IMG/VR virus record: IMGVR_UViG_3300022562_000870 | Span: 68,184-100,960 of that record | Direction: 5' to 3' (one strand) | DNA length: 32,777 nucleotides | From: a virus | Taxonomy: Duplodnaviria; Heunggongvirae; Uroviricota; Caudoviricetes | Shown: positions 1 to 5,576 of the stretch, piece after piece | Layout of the letters: every line of letters starts with the position of its first letter | Position numbering within the stretch: the stretch's first letter is position 1 | Made by a program: the position numbers and the translations under genes | The notes under the pieces: generated by a model | What the model was told of the DNA's origin: nothing | The model's input: the letters and a program-made list of their open reading frames with translations, nothing else | Database searches by the model: none

Positions 1-330
1 TTAAATCGCACGGGTGGTGTAACTATAGGAAACTGGCAGGAATATAACACAGAAATATTTGGAAGTACAAAATTTGATAAAGAACATTTTCGTGAAGCAT
101 TTCTCAATCATCGCGAAAAAGTTATGGAATACTTCAAAGACCGTGAGGATTTTCTTGTTTTAGCTATGCCTTACAGTAAACATACATGGGAAGAACTTTG
201 TCGTTTTATGGGTCTAAACTATCCTAAAAGATATAATCCTAAAGCGTTTCCGCACAAATGTGGGAGTTTTTCAGAATCCAATCCATGGTGTCCGTATGAA
301 GACAGAAAGCGCGATCCAAGTTGGTATTAA
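1..330 (+). CDS. Sulfotransferase-family (Sulfotransfer_4-like) protein, C-terminal part, 5'-truncated by window
   Basis: Frame 1 is open from base 1 (LNRTGGVTIG...EHFREAFLNHREKVMEYF) into the 124..330 ORF. 'F.NH.E.V..YF...FLVL.....TWEELCRFMGL..P...FPH' resembles the Sulfotransfer_4 C-terminus; family recalled from memory. Confidence 0.55.
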   Translation, partial: LNRTGGVTIGNWQEYNTEIFGSTKFDKEHFREAFLNHREKVMEYFKDREDFLVLAMPYSKHTWEELCRFMGLNYPKRYNPKAFPHKCGSFSESNPWCPYEDRKRDPSWY

Positions 331-337
331 AGATATT

Positions 338-411
338 GGGCTATTGGTGTAGTGGTAACATGGCTGGTTCCAACCCAGCAGACAGGGGTTCGATTCCTTT
401 ATGGCCTGCCA
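338..411 (+). tRNA. trnW: tRNA-Trp (CCA)
   Basis: Acceptor GGGCTAT/ATGGCCT, anticodon arm GCTGG-TTCCAAC-CCAGC, T-loop GTTCGATTC, G73, encoded CCA. Confidence 0.92.
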
Positions 412-427
412 AGTAAATAGTTTTAAT

Positions 428-503
428 GGCGGTGAATGCGAAAGGCTGAGCAGGTCGCTTCATAAGCGATTGGTTGTGGGTTCGAGTCCCACCGCCGCTA
501 CCA
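428..503 (+). tRNA. tRNA with CAU anticodon (probably elongator Met), atypical A8 and U10-A25
   Basis: Acceptor GGCGGTG/CGCCGCT, anticodon arm GTCGC-TTCATAA-GCGAT, T arm GTGGG-TTCGAGT-CCCAC, A73 CCA. Met versus Ile2 identity cannot be settled by eye. Confidence 0.85.
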
Positions 504-509
504 AATAAT

Positions 510-602
510 GCCTCTATAGTGTAATGGCAGCACCCGAAGCTTATACCTTCGTTAGCCCCAGATTAGGGCGTAGTCTAGGTTCGAATCCTAGTAGAGGCAC
601 CA
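510..602 (+). tRNA. 93-nt class-II-shaped tRNA with UAU (Ile) anticodon and long variable arm
   Basis: Acceptor GCCTCTA/TAGAGGC, D arm GTGT-AATGGCA-GCAC, anticodon arm CGAAG-CTTATAC-CTTCG (TAT at 542-544), 23-nt variable region with a GCCC/GGGC stem, T arm CTAGG-TTCGAAT-CCTAG, A73 CCA. Confidence 0.88.
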
Positions 603-618
603 ATCAAGGAGAAGTTAA

Positions 619-879
619 ATGATTGTTAACATCCTGAATAAAATTATTGCTACTGTATGGTGGTTTTATACATTACCATCGAATTATGATAAAGAACGCC
701 GAAGTTCTATTCAATATAGACGCAAAAAAATGATAGTTAAAAACATCTGGATATATTCCCTTTCCACAAAGGCTATAATTATGTGTTCTTTTCCGTGGCT
801 CCTTGCTTCAGCAGTTTGTATGGTAATATTACTAGCTACAACGTTTCTTGGGTTCATGATACTTGACGAAACCGCATAA
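619..879 (+). CDS. Hypothetical membrane protein (86 aa)
   Basis: AAGGAG Shine-Dalgarno upstream; hydrophobic C-terminal segment (WLLASAVCMVILLATTFLGFMIL). Confidence 0.6.
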   Translation: MIVNILNKIIATVWWFYTLPSNYDKERRSSIQYRRKKMIVKNIWIYSLSTKAIIMCSFPWLLASAVCMVILLATTFLGFMILDETA

Positions 880-882
880 ATA
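875..882 (+). promoter_or_regulatory. T4-late-type promoter box CATAAATA
   Basis: One mismatch to the T4 late consensus TATAAATA; 26 nt upstream of the ATG at 909; the same motif recurs before other genes in the window. Confidence 0.45.
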
Positions 883-908
883 CATGAAAACTATATGGAG
901 ATAGTATC

Positions 909-1274
909 ATGTCAATGAGCGAAAAACTAAAAGAAACACCACCATGGGTATGGAAACTCATAACGGCTGTTGGTACAATTGCTGGTCTTGCGGTATCTGC
1001 GACACAATTATCAGATTGGTATTGGAAAAAAGTAGAAGACTTAGTAAAGGGTTCTGTAACGCAATCTGCCATACAGGTAACTACCGAACTTAAAAAAACA
1101 GAAATATCATTAGGAAGATTTCTAGTCGATGATATTGAATTCCGAATTGTTGGTGTTCAGAATGAAATTGATGAATATAGACGCAGTAACAAGACGGTTC
1201 CGTTATATCTTGAACGTCGATTGGAATTGCTCCATGACCAACTTGAAGAGGCGAAGGAAAAATGGGACGAATAA
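909..1274 (+). CDS. Hypothetical protein with N-terminal membrane anchor and coiled-coil C-terminus (121 aa)
   Basis: GGAG Shine-Dalgarno; hydrophobic WVWKLITAVGTIAGLAVSA followed by a charged helical region. Confidence 0.7.
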   Translation: MSMSEKLKETPPWVWKLITAVGTIAGLAVSATQLSDWYWKKVEDLVKGSVTQSAIQVTTELKKTEISLGRFLVDDIEFRIVGVQNEIDEYRRSNKTVPLYLERRLELLHDQLEEAKEKWDE

Positions 1275-1537
1275 TATTAAGTATAATACTAGGTTTGTTT
1301 ATTAGTTCTGCTATAGCTGGTGGGATTCCAAAAGAACAACAACAGGCTGGTAAGTGGGTTTTCGATGAAGAATTTAAAACACTGGTTGAAACACAGATGA
1401 AAGAAAACCTTGATGAAGGCGAAAAAGCTAAATGTGAACGAAAGTTAGAATATTATAGTAAAAAACTTGAAAAGAAACCAGATTCAGAGTATTATCAACG
1501 CAAGCTTGAAAAATATATTAAGCGCTGCACAAAATAA
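1262..1537 (+). CDS. Hypothetical secreted protein with type I signal peptide (91 aa)
   Basis: MGRIILSIILGLFISSAIA (basic n-region, hydrophobic h-region, A-x-A site), then a Lys/Glu-rich helical body; overlaps the upstream ORF end. Confidence 0.7.
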   Translation: MGRIILSIILGLFISSAIAGGIPKEQQQAGKWVFDEEFKTLVETQMKENLDEGEKAKCERKLEYYSKKLEKKPDSEYYQRKLEKYIKRCTK

Positions 1538-1543
1538 CGCACT

Positions 1544-1617
1544 GCCCCGTCCGGTGGATTCCGGCCATGTGGCTTCTAACTACGTTGTGAAGGGTTCGAT
1601 TCCTTTACGGGGTGCCA
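1544..1617 (+). tRNA. trnR: tRNA-Arg (UCU) with atypical D arm
   Basis: Acceptor GCCCCGT/ACGGGGT, anticodon arm TGTGG-CTTCTAA-CTACG, T arm AAGGG-TTCGATT-CCTTT, G73 CCA. Position 8 is C; the D region reads CCGGTGGATTCCGGCC. Confidence 0.8.
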
Positions 1618-1683
1618 ATTTAAATATATAGACCTCTCACACCATGCTATTAGTGCAGAAATGTCAAGTCTATTTTTTAATAA

Positions 1684-2121
1684 TTAAAGTTCTTTCGTTT
1701 CTCTAAAGGACATTTTTATCCAATGTGTGCACGCTTCAGATGATGCGTAATCTAACATATATCTATGATCTAACAACTTACATGCAGAAAACATAAATCT
1801 TCCATTTACATTACCCATACCATCCAATTCTTCAACGACAAAAGAAATACTATCATAATCGTTTGATTTAGAAAGTGCACTCAATTGTTTAACGAATGTG
1901 TGGAGATGGTTATTGTTTATATTTTGTTCGACTATTATTTCTAAGGTTTGAAGATGATAATTAAAAGTGAAAGAAACTATCTGCATTATAAGAATAATTT
2001 TAACTTCATCTATGATTGGGACATTTGGTAAGATGGTAAGACGCCAGCGATTTTGTAATTTGGGTTGTAGGATTCCTGTAGCAATTTCGGGTATCTTCTG
2101 TGTATTTTCTAGTGATGCCAT
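1684..2121 (-). CDS. Tail-tube (gp19-like) family protein, 145 aa; true start MASLENT at 2121
   Basis: GAGGA Shine-Dalgarno before ATG 2121. 'GILQPKLQNRWRL' and 'ACKLLDHRYMLDYASSE..W.KMSF' resemble jumbo-myophage tail tube proteins (from memory). Late box upstream. Confidence 0.55.
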   Translation of the reverse strand: MASLENTQKIPEIATGILQPKLQNRWRLTILPNVPIIDEVKIILIMQIVSFTFNYHLQTLEIIVEQNINNNHLHTFVKQLSALSKSNDYDSISFVVEELDGMGNVNGRFMFSACKLLDHRYMLDYASSEACTHWIKMSFRETKEL

Positions 2122-2122
2122 A

Positions 2123-2151
2123 TTGATTTTTCCTCGTATATAGTATAAAAT
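2123..2151 (+). promoter_or_regulatory. Sigma70-type promoter TTGATT-N17-TAAAAT
   Basis: 17-bp spacer with one mismatch in each hexamer; upstream of ORF 2186 and tRNA-Ile2; divergent from the tube-like gene. Confidence 0.5.
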
Positions 2152-2153
2152 GT

Positions 2154-2161
2154 TATTTATA
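2154..2161 (-). promoter_or_regulatory. T4-late promoter TATAAATA
   Basis: Exact T4 late consensus on the - strand, 32 nt upstream of the tube-like gene. Confidence 0.6.
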
Positions 2162-2185
2162 GAAATTAACATTTGGGGTAAGTAT

Positions 2186-2368
2186 ATGAAATTTAAAGGG
2201 GAAGATACCGCAGGTACCATATTAGCATTAGTAGCGGCTGTTTGTTTACTTGGGATGATTGTGTGCATGATTACCATCGTTTTAGGTGAGAACGGTTTAT
2301 TAAGCTGGTATTGTCCATATACTTACTGTCCTGAACCCAATTCTGCACCATATATGGGTGCTGACTAA
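2186..2368 (+). CDS. Small single-pass membrane protein (60 aa)
   Basis: ATG at 2186 after GGGG; hydrophobic ILALVAAVCLLGMIVCMITIVL. Confidence 0.5.
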   Translation: MKFKGEDTAGTILALVAAVCLLGMIVCMITIVLGENGLLSWYCPYTYCPEPNSAPYMGAD

Positions 2369-2370
2369 TT

Positions 2371-2444
2371 GCGCCTCTAGCTCGAAGGTCGAGCGTGCGA
2401 CTCATAATCGCTTGGTGAGGGTTCGATTCCCTCGTGGCGCACCA
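2371..2444 (+). tRNA. trnI: tRNA-Ile2 (CAU, lysidine type)
   Basis: The anticodon-arm region GCGACTCATAATCGCTTGGT matches the enterobacterial tRNA-Ile2 signature; T arm GAGGG-TTCGATT-CCCTC; A73 CCA. Confidence 0.85.
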
Positions 2445-2474
2445 ATTTAACCTATTGATTTTTTCGTTTTTCAT

Positions 2475-2503
2475 TTGACAATAAATAGCCCGTTGTGTAT
2501 AAT
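2475..2503 (+). promoter_or_regulatory. Perfect sigma70 promoter TTGACA-N17-TATAAT
   Basis: Exact hexamers and 17-bp spacer, 32 nt upstream of the vWA gene. Confidence 0.85.
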
Positions 2504-2535
2504 ACAGCAACAATAATAATTGGAGAATTATAATA

Positions 2536-3300
2536 ATGTCTGATGATAATGAAAAGGTTCTTAGTGACCTAATAAAAGATAAAATGGAAGCTGCGGGAAT
2601 TAAACCAACAACTTCTGGAAGGGATGAAATAGTTTGTATCGTTGATCGCTCTGGTTCTATGGGTAGTATGCAAGTCGAAGCACAAGGTGGAATCAACGCA
2701 TTCATCGAAGAACAACGCAAGGTTGGTGAAGCAAACCTAACAATCGTTGAATTTGATAATTTCATTAATGTTGTTTGTGATAAAGTTGATATCAATGAAT
2801 CGGTTGAATATAAACTTGAACCGCGTGGAATGACAGCATTGTTGGATGCCATCGGTACTGTAGTTGGTGATAAAGAAAAATATTCATCAAAAACTGGAAA
2901 AACCATCGTTGTTGTAATGACAGACGGTGCTGAAAATGCTTCTAAGGAATGGAGTAAAGATAAGATTAGCACACTTATCAACGAACGCAAAGAAGATGGT
3001 TGGGAATTTTTATTTCTTGCGGCAGGACAAGACGCTATTTCAGTCGGTCAAGCTTATGGTTTTGACAAAGATTCAACTGTAACGTTTGCTAATAATTCCA
3101 TGGGTGCCATGCACGCTACAAATGTCGCATCTGCGTATACGAGCAACTTGCGTACATCAAATAAAAGTTTTGCACAATCGATGAAGAATGCATATGTTAG
3201 CGCAAATGCGGATTACTTATCAGAAGAAGGTGCAATTGATGTAAATAGTAACCTGAATGTTGGTGGTTTAGCACCAGATATCAATTCAGAAAAGAAATAA
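2536..3300 (+). CDS. von Willebrand factor A (vWA) domain protein
   Basis: MIDAS motif IVDRSGSM, 'GMTALLDAIG' and 'VVVMTDGAEN'; GGAG Shine-Dalgarno. Confidence 0.9.
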   Translation: MSDDNEKVLSDLIKDKMEAAGIKPTTSGRDEIVCIVDRSGSMGSMQVEAQGGINAFIEEQRKVGEANLTIVEFDNFINVVCDKVDINESVEYKLEPRGMTALLDAIGTVVGDKEKYSSKTGKTIVVVMTDGAENASKEWSKDKISTLINERKEDGWEFLFLAAGQDAISVGQAYGFDKDSTVTFANNSMGAMHATNVASAYTSNLRTSNKSFAQSMKNAYVSANADYLSEEGAIDVNSNLNVGGLAPDINSEKK

Positions 3301-3309
3301 ATGGATTAA

Positions 3310-3385
3310 CGCGGGATATATCAGGGGCAGATTACTAGGCTCATAACCTATGTGGACGGTGGTTCGAATCCATCTCCCGCAACCA
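3310..3385 (+). tRNA. Initiator-like tRNA-fMet (CAU), divergent anticodon stem
   Basis: C1xA72 mismatch, CGCGGGA/TCCCGCA acceptor, A11-U24, anticodon arm CTAGG-CTCATAA-CCTAT, T-loop GTTCGAATC, ACCA end. Confidence 0.85.
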
Positions 3386-3405
3386 TTTTTAAAAACCGTT
3401 TCAAT

Positions 3406-3481
3406 AGCGGGGTGGAGAAGTTGGAATCTCGTTAGCCTCATAAGCTAAAGATCGCCGGTTCGAATCCGGCCCCCGCAACCA
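3406..3481 (+). tRNA. Second initiator-like tRNA-fMet (CAU)
   Basis: A1xA72 mismatch, AGCGGGG/CCCCGCA acceptor, A11-U24, anticodon arm TTAGC-CTCATAA-GCTAA, T arm GCCGG-TTCGAAT-CCGGC, ACCA end. Confidence 0.88.
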
Positions 3482-3502
3482 ATTATAAAAAAGAATAATA
3501 AT

Positions 3503-4423
3503 ATGTTATCAGAATTCATAAGAGAACTTACCGAACAAGATAAGAAAAGTCTTTCACAAAAAGCCCTAAAAGTCTGCGAAGAAGCTGGTGAATTAGCTAA
3601 AGTGGTTTTACCATTTGACAACGCTGATGGTACGCTACATCGCTTTGTAGACAAATATAAAATCCTCGAAGAAGTGGCAGATGTGTATCTAACTGCAATA
3701 TCTATTGCATACGAGCTAGGTTTCACCGAAGACGAAATTGAAGATATGATTAGTACAAAGGCTAAAAAATGGGCAGATCTCCAGCGGCGTGAAGCCAAAC
3801 TTAAAGAAAAAATTCCTTTTGAAATCCATGTAACTGTTAAAGCAGCAGACATGGATATGTTTAAAACTGTCTGTAAAAACCTTAATGTAAAACCGATCAT
3901 TCTTGATTTACAAACCAAAAATAAAACAACGATAAAAGATGTCATGACATCTTCTGTTCATATAGGCACAAATCGCAGTGCTTACGAAGAAATGGCGCGA
4001 ATATCACATGGTTTAACTATGGAAGGATATGATGTTGTACGGGAAAAAATAGAAACAGTGCCTTGGCATCCTGCTGCACCCAGCGCATTGAATGATGCTA
4101 TAGAAATGCCACGCGGCTGTTATTTTGAAACACACATCGGTGTTAATATTCCCAATGAAGATCGCAAAGAAGACTTGGAAGTTATTACAGATATATTAGA
4201 TGCACACATGTCACGCAATGCGTTTAAAGTACACGATGATGGATCTTGGATGCAAATGGTAACAATGCGCACATATGAAGGAACACATGAAGATTTTGAA
4301 CTCCGGGCGAATCTTCTATATAACCTTATTAAAGCGGAAGGATTTGATGTTGAAAAACGCATCACAGAATTTTCTATATATGATACAAAAGTCAGCCACG
4401 ATGCTGAATGGTTGAAAAAATGA
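3503..4423 (+). CDS. MazG-like NTP pyrophosphohydrolase fused to an uncharacterised C-terminal domain (306 aa)
   Basis: 'KVCEEAGELAKVV' and 'ILEEVADVYL' are the two acidic metal-binding helices of MazG/all-alpha NTP-PPases; ~200 further residues are unassigned. Confidence 0.75.
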   Translation: MLSEFIRELTEQDKKSLSQKALKVCEEAGELAKVVLPFDNADGTLHRFVDKYKILEEVADVYLTAISIAYELGFTEDEIEDMISTKAKKWADLQRREAKLKEKIPFEIHVTVKAADMDMFKTVCKNLNVKPIILDLQTKNKTTIKDVMTSSVHIGTNRSAYEEMARISHGLTMEGYDVVREKIETVPWHPAAPSALNDAIEMPRGCYFETHIGVNIPNEDRKEDLEVITDILDAHMSRNAFKVHDDGSWMQMVTMRTYEGTHEDFELRANLLYNLIKAEGFDVEKRITEFSIYDTKVSHDAEWLKK

Positions 4424-4641
4424 CAAGAGATCAAAAAGATTTAGTTCCAAGTTATGCAGATAATTGTCATAACAAAACATTAATTAGATTTTATAATAAT
4501 AAACAAGAATTGGTGCGATTAAATAAATGGCGCAAGGAACACTGGACACAAGAACAATTAAATGAAGTTGTTCTTACAGCTCTAATGATGCGTCTAGGTA
4601 TATTCAATCCAACACTCGAATGGTATTATAATGATGACTAG
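4420..4641 (+). CDS. Hypothetical protein (73 aa)
   Basis: ATGA overlap with the MazG stop (translational coupling); the last codons overlap the RNase P P1 5' strand. Confidence 0.6.
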   Translation: MTRDQKDLVPSYADNCHNKTLIRFYNNKQELVRLNKWRKEHWTQEQLNEVVLTALMMRLGIFNPTLEWYYNDD

Positions 4642-4862
4642 GCAGCCGCACTACGGTGAGGAAGCTCAGGACACACCCGACACCTGTAGGAGAAATGCTG
4701 GTATAGTCTGACTAGCGTCGGCTATACAAAGCGCGTTATACTACTGATACGAAAGGGGTGTGCAACACAAACAGTCCAAGATAAGTGTCATTCTATGAGG
4801 ACGGGTTGTGGCCAATAGACGAATGGTTGCCCTCGACAGAATCCTGGCTATCGGTTATTATT
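4630..4862 (+). ncRNA. rnpB: Compact bacterial-type RNase P RNA (catalytic domain intact, reduced specificity domain)
   Basis: P1 AATGATGACT(4630-39)/GGTTATTATT(4853-62). P2 GGCAGCC/GGTTGCC. P3 CAC-TACG-GTG. CR-I GAGGAAGCTCAGGA pairs with CR-V ACAGAATCCTGGCT to give P4 (AGC-bulged T-CAGGA/TCCTG-GCT). P5(/7) CACACCC/GGGTGTG followed by CAA. P15 CACA/TGTG with GGGT in L15. P16 GTCC/GGAC. CR-IV TAGACGAAT. Confidence 0.9.
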
Positions 4863-4880
4863 AATATAAGGATAAAAGAT

Positions 4881-5576
4881 ATGTTTGATATAAAAGTACA
4901 AGAAATTTTCCCGGGTTTAATACATCTGCATTTTAAAAATCAATATGAAGTTACGTCTACTATGATGCGTGCGCAAGAATTCTATGAATCACCACATGAA
5001 AATATTAGGGGTAAATTTTTCGAACTTGACAAGTATATGGATACTTATGCGCAAACTCATGGAAATTTTACATATACTTCCGATTGGTCTGGTTTTAATA
5101 TCCCAGGTAATGTTGTGAATGCTTTCTTTGATACTTTTGATAATGCATTACTTGAAAAAGAAGTTTATCTTAAAGGTCACATAGATGTAGCAAAAGAAGA
5201 TTTTGGTATAACGGGTGACAATTTTTACCTTATCGCATCATTTGATGATGAATCTGATCGTGACATTTTATCACACGAAATCGCACACGGTTTCTATTAT
5301 CTTAATGTAGACTATCGGGCGGCAATGGATGGTATCATAGGTTCTATCGATGATAATACATATGCACGATTAGCGAAGGTATTATTAGATAAAGGATATA
5401 TGGATGGTGTTATCGATGATGAAATGCAAGCGTACTTTTCTACATCACATATGATACAATTAACGTATGATTTTGATACTGATGATTTACCTTGGGAACA
5501 TGTTCTTAAGTGTAAAAAAGTTTTTGAAGAATACCACGAAAAGATCCACGAACACTTACACGATCACCAATCGTAA
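4881..5576 (+). CDS. Hypothetical HExxH (zincin-like) protein, 231 aa; true start MFDIKV at 4881
   Basis: AAGGA Shine-Dalgarno before ATG 4881; the track's 4785 start lies inside the RNase P RNA. Motif 'LSHEIAHGFYY' with a downstream 'DEMQAY' Glu as possible third ligand. Confidence 0.7.
   Translation: MFDIKVQEIFPGLIHLHFKNQYEVTSTMMRAQEFYESPHENIRGKFFELDKYMDTYAQTHGNFTYTSDWSGFNIPGNVVNAFFDTFDNALLEKEVYLKGHIDVAKEDFGITGDNFYLIASFDDESDRDILSHEIAHGFYYLNVDYRAAMDGIIGSIDDNTYARLAKVLLDKGYMDGVIDDEMQAYFSTSHMIQLTYDFDTDDLPWEHVLKCKKVFEEYHEKIHEHLHDHQS

Noticed and set aside
909-1537. Classical i-spanin/o-spanin pair
   Set aside because: The second protein lacks a lipobox cysteine; kept only as a weak finding.
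1645-1668. TTGACA on the - strand downstream of tRNA-Arg as a possible antisense promoter
   Set aside because: No usable -10 at 16-18 bp spacing.
2122-2277. Longer start for the tube-like ORF (2277)
   Set aside because: Overlaps a + strand gene and promoter; ATG 2121 has a Shine-Dalgarno and a late box.
4785-4880. N-terminal extension of the HExxH ORF from GTG 4785
   Set aside because: It lies inside the RNase P RNA; ATG 4881 has a good AAGGA Shine-Dalgarno.
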